A stretch of DNA of 64,000 nt from a virus. The stretch lies in IMG/VR virus record IMGVR_UViG_3300029585_000037, positions 29,935 through 93,934 of that record; one strand, 5' to 3'. Positions 8,070 through 16,204 of the stretch are shown here, one piece after another (positions within the stretch are counted from its first letter, which is position 1; each line of letters starts with the position of its first letter). Position numbers and translations under genes: made by a program. The notes under the pieces are model-generated. The model was not told the origin of the DNA and ran no database searches. It worked only from the letters and a program-made list of their open reading frames with translations.

Positions 8070-8816
8070 ATGTCTAAAAAAGAAAATGATAAGGTAACCA
8101 AAGACGTACCACAAACGTCAACGAGCAACCAGAAAAATGACCAACCTACTGATAAAGAGGTTCAAGAGAAAGTAATGAAGCGTGTGGATGAGATAGTCCA
8201 AGAGAAACAAGAAGAGGCAGATGCTAATTTTAAGTTTCTAATGATAGGTGGAAATGTACCTGAACTATCAGAATCAATTTTAGCCTTAGCAGAAGCATCA
8301 GATCATCAAATTTCTGTATTTGAATTAGATAATAGTGAAATGTCTTTTATAACTAAGAGCCGAAGTGAAAAAAGAGCAGAAGAGTCAGCTGTAGATTTTC
8401 TGAAAGATGAAAAGAATATACAACATGCTAAACAGCAGTGTATAGAAATTAAGAAGATATACTATGGTGATAAGGTTGAAAATCCTGAAGAGATTGAAGG
8501 CTGGATGGACAAAAGACGTTTAAAAAAGAAAGTTAATGCGAGTTGGAAACAATTAGATAGCTTATTACAACATTTAGACTTATTTGGTATGGTTAAATGG
8601 GATACTGATAATCGACATAGATTTGATGTTACAATTGATCCAAATTTAATCATTAATAATAAAGTAAATGAGCTTGAACAACTATTAAATTTAGCGAAAG
8701 GTAAAATACTTGCTTTGTATGATGACAGAAGTCAAATGTCAGATGAGTCAAAGAAAGTATTAACGAGCCTTAAACGCAAATTTAATACGGACAGAGAATG
8801 GAACTTGAAACATTAG
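8070..8816 (+). CDS. hypothetical protein (248 aa); small terminase candidate by position only
   Basis: Immediately upstream of, and overlapping, the large terminase gene; no motif recognised. Confidence 0.5.
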   Translation: MSKKENDKVTKDVPQTSTSNQKNDQPTDKEVQEKVMKRVDEIVQEKQEEADANFKFLMIGGNVPELSESILALAEASDHQISVFELDNSEMSFITKSRSEKRAEESAVDFLKDEKNIQHAKQQCIEIKKIYYGDKVENPEEIEGWMDKRRLKKKVNASWKQLDSLLQHLDLFGMVKWDTDNRHRFDVTIDPNLIINNKVNELEQLLNLAKGKILALYDDRSQMSDESKKVLTSLKRKFNTDREWNLKH

Positions 8817-10471
8817 ATTATAGGGTACTCGACAAATTTGATAATGCCTTTTCAGTTGAAAAACTTGGAGAGGCATTTCGTATTTTAGATGAGATTATCG
8901 ATGGATTAGATGAATATGGAATGCGTGAGCTTTTAGGTGGTAGAACTGCCGATATTGATAAAGTTTATGCAGTTCTATTAGAAGAGATACTAAAGGTACT
9001 TTACGGACAAGAAAATCAGATAGATGAAAAATTAGGCTATTTCGACCATCTTACAGACAACATAGAGAATGTATTATGTACAGAAAATCTTACATATTTT
9101 ATCATTTCTAAGATACCAGAATTTGAACTAAACTGGCATCACTTAGAATGGGGAGACATAGCTCAAAGATACGATAAATTTAACATAATTGCAGCACGTG
9201 ACCATGGTAAGAGTTTCTACTGGAGTAATGCTTATCCAATATGGAAGATGTGGAGATATCAGTCAGCAAACAATGCACGTAAAGACTTAAAATTATGTAA
9301 AAAAGGATTTATGTTTTCATTTTCTCAAGAACAGGCAATAGACCTCTTAGAGATTATGAAAAATACAATAGAAGATAATGATAGTTTACGTGAAAGGCTA
9401 TTTCCAGGCAAAGGTGATGGTTGGGCAAAAACAGAGATAGTTTGTAAGAATGGAGCCAGAATGAAAACAAAAGGTTTTGGATCATCTGTACGTGGAGCTC
9501 ACCCTGGATATATAATAGTAGATGATGGTTTAAAAGATAATGTAATTTACAGTTCAGTACAACGTAAGAAGTCTATAGATTATTTTCATGCGGTGATTAT
9601 GAATATGATTGTTCCTAAAGGACAAGTTGCTGTTGTAGGTACTCCATTTCACTCTAATGATTTATATGGAGATTTGAAGAGTAAAACAGGTTGGCATGTT
9701 CGTGAATATCCAGCTATATTTCCAGATGGTAAAATACTATGGCGTGAGCGTTGGGGTTTTAAGGAACTTTTAGACAAACGTGAAACGCAAGGTAATTTAA
9801 TATTCTCAAGAGAAAATCTTGTAAAACCTGTAACAAATGAAAGTACGATATTTCCAGATGAGGTTATCAGAAGAGCCTATGTTGGAATGCAAGATTATAC
9901 ATTTAGTCATAGTAGAGATGGGTTTAAGATGAAATTCGATAGAGTTGTAACAGCTGTCGATTTTAGTATATCATCTTCAGTTGGAGCCGATTATACTGTA
10001 ATCATGACTGCTGGAGTAGATGATAAAGATAACATTTGGCTGATGAACATTACCAGATTTAAAGGTAAGAAGTTTGCTGAGCAAATGGCTGTAATGAAAC
10101 AGATAAATACAGCTTTTAAGCCTGATGTAATGATGATGGAAGATAACGTATTCCAACAGATATTTGTTCAAGAAAGTGATCGAGCAGGACTACCAGTTCA
10201 AGGTCATACGACTGGTAAGAATAAATACGACTTAAAAGCTGGTTTGCCAGGATTAGCAATACTTTTTGAACGTGGTAAGATTAGAATACCAAGAGGTGAT
10301 CAAAACTCAATAGATATGAGTGATTTATTAGCTTCAGAGTTATCGAGTGTAACTTGGACTGAAAAAGGATTAGAGGGTGTTGGGGAACACGATGATATGG
10401 CGATGTGTATGTGGATACTATCTTTAGCTGCCAAGAAACTAACTACTGGATTCAGTTTTAAATTCTTATAA
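8798..10471 (+). CDS. terL: terminase large subunit
   Basis: 557 aa; Walker A-like AARDHGKS; Walker B GYIIVDD; coupling motif VGTPFH; C-terminal nuclease-like region with acidic residues (VTAVDFS, MMMEDN, EHDDMAM). Confidence 0.85.
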   Translation: MELETLDYRVLDKFDNAFSVEKLGEAFRILDEIIDGLDEYGMRELLGGRTADIDKVYAVLLEEILKVLYGQENQIDEKLGYFDHLTDNIENVLCTENLTYFIISKIPEFELNWHHLEWGDIAQRYDKFNIIAARDHGKSFYWSNAYPIWKMWRYQSANNARKDLKLCKKGFMFSFSQEQAIDLLEIMKNTIEDNDSLRERLFPGKGDGWAKTEIVCKNGARMKTKGFGSSVRGAHPGYIIVDDGLKDNVIYSSVQRKKSIDYFHAVIMNMIVPKGQVAVVGTPFHSNDLYGDLKSKTGWHVREYPAIFPDGKILWRERWGFKELLDKRETQGNLIFSRENLVKPVTNESTIFPDEVIRRAYVGMQDYTFSHSRDGFKMKFDRVVTAVDFSISSSVGADYTVIMTAGVDDKDNIWLMNITRFKGKKFAEQMAVMKQINTAFKPDVMMMEDNVFQQIFVQESDRAGLPVQGHTTGKNKYDLKAGLPGLAILFERGKIRIPRGDQNSIDMSDLLASELSSVTWTEKGLEGVGEHDDMAMCMWILSLAAKKLTTGFSFKFL

Positions 10472-10472
10472 A

Positions 10473-11045
10473 ATGAAAGTATATAATTTTCCATCTAAAT
10501 TTCTATTTCAAACAAAAGTAGAAAATCATAAGGAACTTAAAAATCAACTTTTTGATAAGATAATAGATTTATCAAAAAAGAATGAAAAAGAATATAAACA
10601 AAATCATGATACTTGGGATTGTAAAGTATTAACAAGTTTCTTTGATCCAGACTCAGCTGTTATATTTAATGAAAATCCTGATTTGTATGATGCTATTTGG
10701 AAAGCGTTTGATGAAATGTTAGGTAATGTAATTTTAAATTCTAAAGTGCCAAAAAGTAAGCTAAATAGAATATGGTTTAATCTTTACAAAAAAGGATATA
10801 ACCAAGAGGTACACCAGCATTGTGGTAGTGATTTTTCAGGAGTTTATATATTACATTGCACAGAGCCTAACAAGACAGTATTCTATTCAAATGAAAATCA
10901 TAGATTGCTAAATAAGACATTAAAAACAGAAGATGTAGAAGAGGGTACTATATTATTATTTCCATCTCATCTATCTCATTATGTAAATGAAATACAAGAT
11001 GAATTAAGAGTTACAGTAGCTTTTAATATCACTTGCGAAGTTTAA
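10473..11045 (+). CDS. 2OG-Fe(II) oxygenase-like protein
   Basis: VHQHCGSDFSGVYIL ... LLFPSHLSHYV pattern recalled from the small phage/cyanophage 2OG-Fe(II) oxygenase family; not searched. Confidence 0.5.
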   Translation: MKVYNFPSKFLFQTKVENHKELKNQLFDKIIDLSKKNEKEYKQNHDTWDCKVLTSFFDPDSAVIFNENPDLYDAIWKAFDEMLGNVILNSKVPKSKLNRIWFNLYKKGYNQEVHQHCGSDFSGVYILHCTEPNKTVFYSNENHRLLNKTLKTEDVEEGTILLFPSHLSHYVNEIQDELRVTVAFNITCEV

Positions 11046-11062
11046 TTTAAAAAATATATATT

Positions 11063-11353
11063 ATGAGTAAAAAGACAGTTTTAGTATTAAATGGAATTTC
11101 ATATGTGTTGATGAATCAACAAATTTATGAAAGAAACGGAATTAAGTACAAAAATTCTTACTGGTTAGAGGGTGCTGGATATGATACAAATGATGATGGT
11201 AAGATAGCTAACATAACATTTGAATGTAAAATTCCTGAAGGGTGTTCTGATGTTGATTTAGGAAGTCTTAATCCAGATTGTTTAATTAAGAATGAAAACG
11301 GTTCATTAGAACTTATTTCAGAAATTAATGAAGAAGCAAAAATAGCTGCTTAA
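11063..11353 (+). CDS. hypothetical protein (96 aa)
   Basis: ATG ORF followed by a strong terminator. Confidence 0.55.
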   Translation: MSKKTVLVLNGISYVLMNQQIYERNGIKYKNSYWLEGAGYDTNDDGKIANITFECKIPEGCSDVDLGSLNPDCLIKNENGSLELISEINEEAKIAA

Positions 11354-11370
11354 AAACAATAAAATTATTG

Positions 11371-11407
11371 AAAATCCTACTTTATGAAAATTTAGTAGGA
11401 TTTTTTT
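11371..11407 (+). terminator. rho-independent terminator
   Basis: AAAATCCTACT (11371-11381) pairs with AGTAGGATTTT (11394-11404), then a T-run. Confidence 0.8.
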
Positions 11408-11471
11408 ACACCTTATAATATGTATTAAATGTACAAAATCAAAAAATATTTACAAAATAATTGGTCAAAAA

Positions 11472-11514
11472 TTTTGTTAATTTACAAAATAGTTAGAATT
11501 TAGCTTCAGATTTA
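11472..11514 (+). promoter_or_regulatory. class A promoter candidate, copy 1: TTTTG-N19-GAATTTAGC
   Basis: TTTTG 11472-11476, exactly 19 nt, GAATTTAGCTTCAGATTTA 11496-11514; ATG lies 37 nt after the G of GAATTTAG. The same architecture occurs at 12309 and 62152. Confidence 0.6.
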
Positions 11515-11532
11515 ACAATTAATATTTCAACA

Positions 11533-12087
11533 ATGGAAACTTTACAAACAACAGAATTAGGAAAATCTTACTGGGCTGAAACAGGAGTATATCAAAAACA
11601 ATATAGTGAATTATACGAGAAACATGTTCCAGCTTCAGGTATGGCAAAAACATTAAATGGAGAACTTATTAGAGCAATTAGCCGATTATTTTATGAGTAT
11701 TGTAATAATGGTAATTGTAATGCTTGCCATGTAGAATATGCTACTGAAGAATATACTTGTCACGATTGTCATGGAACAGGATATTATGATGAGGATGAAG
11801 AAGATGAATGTACAACTTGTTATGGTAGTGGAATTTATGAAGAAGAGTATGAAGAGGATGGTGAAGTAACTGAAATGTATGCTGCTTTTTTAGACTTAAT
11901 AGAAGAGAATGTTCCTGATACTTCTAAAGAAGTTCAAGAAGTCCGAGAATTTATTTCAGAAAATCTTTATGGTAGTAGTCAATTTGGAGATAAGAATATG
12001 CAGAAGTACAACATACTTTGTGACAAGGTTATTTTCTATGTGCTAACCAACGATGATAAAGATTTACCAGAAAATTACGATAACTAA
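11533..12087 (+). CDS. acidic protein with two DnaJ-type CxxCxGxG zinc-finger motifs (184 aa)
   Basis: CHDCHGTG and CTTCYGSG separated by an acidic linker, plus an upstream CNNGNCNAC; monocistronic unit between a class A promoter and a hairpin. Confidence 0.65.
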   Translation: METLQTTELGKSYWAETGVYQKQYSELYEKHVPASGMAKTLNGELIRAISRLFYEYCNNGNCNACHVEYATEEYTCHDCHGTGYYDEDEEDECTTCYGSGIYEEEYEEDGEVTEMYAAFLDLIEENVPDTSKEVQEVREFISENLYGSSQFGDKNMQKYNILCDKVIFYVLTNDDKDLPENYDN

Positions 12088-12097
12088 TAAATAATCA

Positions 12098-12125
12098 GAA
12101 GAGGGTGTGTAAAATCATCCTCTTC
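12098..12125 (+). terminator. stem-loop without a U-tract (possible terminator or stability hairpin)
   Basis: GAAGAGG (12098-12104) pairs with CCTCTTC (12119-12125); the downstream sequence is A-rich, not T-rich. Confidence 0.3.
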
Positions 12126-12174
12126 ATAATAAAACTCAATCATGATAAAGAAGATATATTCAGACTTAAAAGAA

Positions 12175-12288
12175 TGGTGGAATGATAATCCATGGGAATT
12201 CATTGGAAATTTTCTATTTGTATTACTTATATTTACCTTATTCTATGGAATTATGTTACTACATGCTGTAGCTACAGGAAATTATTAG
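12175..12288 (+). CDS. possible 37-aa single-pass membrane peptide
   Basis: Not in the ORF track (under 60 aa). ATG at 12175 gives MVNDNPWEFIGNFLFVLLIFTLFYGIMLLHAVATGNY with a clear hydrophobic helix. Confidence 0.3.
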   Translation, partial: WWNDNPWEFIGNFLFVLLIFTLFYGIMLLHAVATGNY

Positions 12289-12308
12289 ACAAAATAATTT
12301 ACAAAAAA

Positions 12309-12351
12309 TTTTGTAGTTACAAAACAAATATCGAATTTAGCTGTATATTTA
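12309..12351 (+). promoter_or_regulatory. class A promoter candidate, copy 2: TTTTG-N19-GAATTTAGC
   Basis: TTTTG 12309-12313, 19 nt, GAATTTAGCTGTATATTTA 12333-12351; ATG again 37 nt after the G of GAATTTAG. Confidence 0.6.
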
Positions 12352-12369
12352 ATCATAAATACTTAAAAG

Positions 12370-13101
12370 ATGGAAAGTAAAATTTTAGACAAAATCAAGA
12401 AATTAGTAAAGAAACAACAATCGGCTGAAGAGTTAGGTTCAGTTAAAGAAGCAGAGATATTTGCTTCTAAGGTTCAAGAACTTCTTAACAAGCATAATCT
12501 GTCTATGTCTCAGTTACCTAAAGACAAAATTCAAGAAGAGGTGACTGATAATATCTTAAAGAGAAAAATACCGAGTATTGGTGGTAATTCTAATATGCAG
12601 ATACTTTCTGCTATAGCAAGAAATAACTGGTGTAAAGTATATTCTTATGGTAAGGCGAGTTCTAATCAATGTATCCTTATAGGAAGTCCTGAAAATGTTG
12701 AAGTTGTTAAATATATTGCTTCAGTAGTAACACCTATATTCGTAAGAGCAAGTAAGGATGCTTATCAAGAATATTTAGCTGATTATGGGCCAGTTATAGG
12801 CTTAGATACTTACCAGAGACGATTTATAATGGGTGCAGCTGAAGGGTTGAATGATAAATTAGCTGCTGAAAAAGAAAAATTTGTAGCTGAAAATAATTGT
12901 ACTGCACTTGTGAGAACAAATGAAGTAGCTATTACAGATTATGCTGAAAATAAGTATGGTAGTTCATCCAGAGGTCGTAAAACTGTAACTAATCGTGCAG
13001 CAGCTGGAGCGTATGATAATGGATACAAAACTGGAAAGAATGTATCTATCAACAAAGGAGTTGGAACTACCAAACCGATAAGCAGAGGTTTGTTGAAATA
13101 A
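12370..13101 (+). CDS. DUF2786-like phage protein (243 aa)
   Basis: N-terminal ILDKIKKLVKK...EAEIFASKVQELLNKHNLS resembles the DUF2786 helix pattern, by memory only. Confidence 0.5.
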   Translation: MESKILDKIKKLVKKQQSAEELGSVKEAEIFASKVQELLNKHNLSMSQLPKDKIQEEVTDNILKRKIPSIGGNSNMQILSAIARNNWCKVYSYGKASSNQCILIGSPENVEVVKYIASVVTPIFVRASKDAYQEYLADYGPVIGLDTYQRRFIMGAAEGLNDKLAAEKEKFVAENNCTALVRTNEVAITDYAENKYGSSSRGRKTVTNRAAAGAYDNGYKTGKNVSINKGVGTTKPISRGLLK

Positions 13102-13110
13102 CAGTTATTA
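13101..13110 (+). promoter_or_regulatory. class B intergenic motif ACAGTTATTA
   Basis: Exact 10-mer overlapping the stop TAA; one of 7 intergenic copies of ACAG(T/C)TAT(T/A)A. Confidence 0.35.
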
Positions 13111-13115
13111 ATCAA

Positions 13116-13150
13116 AGCGTATAGAAGTTTATTTTTTATACGCTTATTTT
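13116..13150 (+). terminator. rho-independent terminator
   Basis: AGCGTATA (13116-13123) pairs with TATACGCT (13137-13144), then TATTTT. Confidence 0.65.
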
Positions 13151-13160
13151 ACATTTAAAT

Positions 13161-14213
13161 ATGAAGACATCAGAACACTTAAAAGATATACTTGAAAAAG
13201 CACGTAAAGTAGGTGATACCAAAGTAGGTAAGGATGGTAAACAAAGAGTTTGGACAAAAACCCCATCTGGATATGATTGGAGAAGAGTTAAAGGATCAGG
13301 AGATAAGTCTGCTGGCTCAAAAGCAACTGCCTCTACCAGTAAAAAGAAAGATGTTAAAAAACCTTTACCTAAGTCAGGTAAACCTCAAGGAGCAATTAAA
13401 AAGAACTCTATTGCTGATAAGAAACCAAAAGATAATTCTATTGGTAAAATGATATCAATAAATAATGATGTTAATCTTATTAGTATGTCTGATTTAAAAG
13501 ACAAAAAATTAGAGGTTGTTGATGTAAAAAATGTTGAATTTGCATCTGGCTCAAAAAAATATTATATTGTTAATTTTGATGGGGTACAAAGAGAAATATC
13601 AGAAGATTTAGCCAGTATTGATGATGGAGTTACAGTAGAACGTAATGATGATAGTAATTCTAAGTCTGAACAAGAAGATGAAGAAATTTTACAAGAAAGA
13701 TTGAATAGAATAGATGGCGACCCATCAGGATTTAAGGGTGCTGGAGAACAAGTGGTTATCAGAAAATTGAAAAATTCTGAAAATTATGAAGATTTTAAAC
13801 AAAAATTATCTGATAGTTTCTTAGGTAAACAAAAGATGGGTAATTGGGGTAAATATAAGGTTGAAGAAAAAGATATTTCAAATTACGCAAATAAAATTTG
13901 GGGTAAAAAAGAAGATGATTTTAAGTTAGATGTAAAAGATATAGAGAATAAAATCCCAGAACCAGATGTAACTATTGCAGTTTTGCAAGATATAGAGGTT
14001 GATAATGAAAATAAAATTATCAATATAAATAGACTTGCTTCAAGAGAAAGCAGACATCCAGGTGAATATGGTAAAAGAGGTTTAAAAGCTGCTAAAAAGT
14101 TAGATGAATGGGAGAATGATGTAACTGATAAATTATCGAAATATAATTATACCATTCATTTTTCAGCTAAAATTGATGAAGTACAAAAAGCATTAGAAAC
14201 TTTTAATTTATAA
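13161..14213 (+). CDS. hypothetical protein (350 aa) with an N-terminal module shared with ORF 29747
   Basis: MKTSEHLKDILEKARKVGDTKVGKDGKQRVWTKTPSGYDWRR aligns with the N-terminus of the P-loop protein at 29747; followed by a Lys-rich linker. Confidence 0.7.
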   Translation: MKTSEHLKDILEKARKVGDTKVGKDGKQRVWTKTPSGYDWRRVKGSGDKSAGSKATASTSKKKDVKKPLPKSGKPQGAIKKNSIADKKPKDNSIGKMISINNDVNLISMSDLKDKKLEVVDVKNVEFASGSKKYYIVNFDGVQREISEDLASIDDGVTVERNDDSNSKSEQEDEEILQERLNRIDGDPSGFKGAGEQVVIRKLKNSENYEDFKQKLSDSFLGKQKMGNWGKYKVEEKDISNYANKIWGKKEDDFKLDVKDIENKIPEPDVTIAVLQDIEVDNENKIININRLASRESRHPGEYGKRGLKAAKKLDEWENDVTDKLSKYNYTIHFSAKIDEVQKALETFNL

Positions 14214-14216
14214 ATT

Positions 14217-14465
14217 ATGTTAGACAAAATATTAGAAATTCTTGGAAACAATCCTACAGTTAGTATAATAGCAGTAGCAGTCATACTTATTGTATTTATG
14301 TACTTATTTAGAGATTTAATCAAAAAGTACCTATCTAAAAAGTTTAATCTGTTTACAGAAGAGCAAGTTAAGGACTTTGCAAGATTTTATGAAAGAAACA
14401 ATATGATGAAGACAAGCGAATTGCAAGAAGATTTGTTTGAGCTTTGGAAACAAGATAACAATTAA
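14217..14465 (+). CDS. small membrane protein (82 aa)
   Basis: N-terminal hydrophobic helix PTVSIIAVAVILIVFMYLF. Confidence 0.55.
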   Translation: MLDKILEILGNNPTVSIIAVAVILIVFMYLFRDLIKKYLSKKFNLFTEEQVKDFARFYERNNMMKTSELQEDLFELWKQDNN

Positions 14466-14476
14466 AACCTTATAAA

Positions 14477-15316
14477 ATGAGTAAATTATTCTTAGAAACA
14501 GAAGACTTCAATGGAAGACTTAATAAAAGTATCTTCACTAACATTGAAAAAGGAATGAGTCAAAAAGAATTTGACAATATGTATCCATCTGCTAATTTCG
14601 ATGTATTTGAAAAATCTGTAGTTGAGGGATATATTTTAGATACCTATAAAGCTACTGGTGGAGAGATTGTTAAAGGTAGTTTTAATGATACTCCAGAAAT
14701 AGCTAAAGCACTTGCTCATATGAAAGAGCAAATATCAGGATTATCACCTGTTAACATTTCAGATAATGGTGTTAAAAAAGAAGTTTTTGTAATGTTGAAA
14801 GCAAAATCTGAAGAGGGTGATGATAAATTACAAAAGGGTAAGATAGCTAACAATTTAATGTATAGCGATGCTGGAGCAATAGAGTTTGAAAAAACAGGTG
14901 AAGAGATTAAAACGCAAGTATCAGCCTTAAAACTTATTGAAAAGAATAAGTGTAAGGAATTAGCTGATAAGTTAAGCGAAATGCAGACTAAATTTAAAGA
15001 AAATCCTACTGAGGATTGTTATAAGTATGGTTTAGCTGCTGATATAGAATGTCCTTACAAATGTTTTAATTGGAACTTGACTTACTTTGATGCTGGAGAG
15101 AACATGAACAGTTCTTTTGAAAATTCAGATGGTAGTTATTCTAACAGAGTAGCTTCAGAAGAGGATGCTCAATTCCATAGAGAATGGAATAACACTGTAG
15201 AAAAATGGATTGATTGTCATGCTGAGATAAAAGCAATAGAGGTTTATGAAAATAACCTTAAAGATGATAAGACATATAAACTAACTGCTAATCAAATGTT
15301 ATTCTTTGGGTTTTAA
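14477..15316 (+). CDS. hypothetical protein (279 aa)
   Basis: ORF followed by a terminator; LSPVNISDNGVKKEVFV resembles LNPVNVIGEDGLPTTVFL in ORF 17604. Confidence 0.6.
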   Translation: MSKLFLETEDFNGRLNKSIFTNIEKGMSQKEFDNMYPSANFDVFEKSVVEGYILDTYKATGGEIVKGSFNDTPEIAKALAHMKEQISGLSPVNISDNGVKKEVFVMLKAKSEEGDDKLQKGKIANNLMYSDAGAIEFEKTGEEIKTQVSALKLIEKNKCKELADKLSEMQTKFKENPTEDCYKYGLAADIECPYKCFNWNLTYFDAGENMNSSFENSDGSYSNRVASEEDAQFHREWNNTVEKWIDCHAEIKAIEVYENNLKDDKTYKLTANQMLFFGF

Positions 15317-15340
15317 TTGTTTGTAATTTGAAGTTAGTCG

Positions 15341-15369
15341 AAAATGCCTGTGTAATGCGGGCATTTTTT
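15341..15369 (+). terminator. rho-independent terminator
   Basis: AAAATGCC (15341-15348) pairs with GGCATTTT (15360-15367) and runs into a T-tract. Confidence 0.7.
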
Positions 15370-15390
15370 ATCCATCGTTACTAAATAAAA

Positions 15391-15744
15391 ATGAGTTTAG
15401 CATTATTTAGAGGCAAAGGCAAAGTAAAAAGCATTGGAGAGCCTGTTCATTTCGATAACGGAATAACTTTACTTAATATAGAAGTAGAAATGGAGCATTC
15501 TAACCAGATTTTACCATTCTATCTGGTAGATACCAAAGATAAGCCGAGAACTTTTAATATGATTCAAAAACATTTTGGGAAATATGGTGCTTTTGAAATA
15601 GATGAAGAAATACAATTCGATTACAATGTTATAGTAAAAGATAAGGACAAAGGATTGTGTAAGATGAAAATTTGGTCAATATATAATAGAGTTCTAAAAA
15701 ATGTGGAAAGACAAGATAAGACAACAAGTAAAACAAGGAAGTAA
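15391..15744 (+). CDS. hypothetical protein (117 aa)
   Basis: ATG ORF after the terminator; basic C-terminal tail. Confidence 0.55.
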   Translation: MSLALFRGKGKVKSIGEPVHFDNGITLLNIEVEMEHSNQILPFYLVDTKDKPRTFNMIQKHFGKYGAFEIDEEIQFDYNVIVKDKDKGLCKMKIWSIYNRVLKNVERQDKTTSKTRK

Positions 15745-15937
15745 GTTAAGAAAAATACATTCTGAACTCAAGAAATTGATTAAAGTAATGTTGCTTGGAG
15801 ATACTGAATTTGATTTGATATATTCTTCAAGTAGAGATCAGTATGTATTTATAAGACCAAAAACAAAGTTATCTAAGAAGACATCTAAGTTGCTATTAAT
15901 GAATGGATACAAAAAACTTTATTTAACATGGAAATGA
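15701..15937 (+). CDS. hypothetical basic protein (78 aa), start uncertain
   Basis: Overlaps the upstream gene by 44 nt; alternative ATG at 15789. Confidence 0.35.
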   Translation: MWKDKIRQQVKQGSKLRKIHSELKKLIKVMLLGDTEFDLIYSSSRDQYVFIRPKTKLSKKTSKLLLMNGYKKLYLTWK

Positions 15938-16164
15938 GAAACAGAATTTTAGTAGTGATATTTCTGGTAGTGGGAATATTAGGAGTGATATTTTTTACAG
16001 GTGATGATATAACTCCACAAAGAGAGCCTATATTTGATATAATAGACAAGAACAAAAATCTTGAAAAAGAAGTGGATACATTGAAAATAGAAATTGATTC
16101 ACTTGAAAATCAAATTGATACTCTTAATTTAGAATTAGACAAAATACGTGCACATAATATTTAG
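15928..16164 (+). CDS. membrane-anchored coiled-coil protein (78 aa)
   Basis: N-terminal helix ILVVIFLVVGILGVIFF, then heptad-like LEKEVDTLKIEIDSLENQIDTLNLELDKI. Confidence 0.5.
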   Translation: MEMRNRILVVIFLVVGILGVIFFTGDDITPQREPIFDIIDKNKNLEKEVDTLKIEIDSLENQIDTLNLELDKIRAHNI

Positions 16165-16204
16165 AAGTTTTACAGATATTTAAAATTGTAGAACTTAATA
16201 TATA

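Noticed and set aside
12143-12380. A small ORF starting at ATG 12143, and the track ORF 12192-12380
   Set aside because: The ATG 12143 frame hits TGA after 12 codons (12179-12181). ORF 12192-12380 reads straight through class A promoter copy 2 and has an odd Cys/Tyr/Ile-rich composition. Only the 37-codon frame 12175-12288 gives a plausible TM peptide, and that call is itself low confidence.
13234-13452. Internal alternative-frame ORFs 13234-13452, 32457-32642 and 6221-6484
   Set aside because: They are fully embedded in, or overlap, better-supported genes, and their products are basic low-complexity sequence with no motifs.
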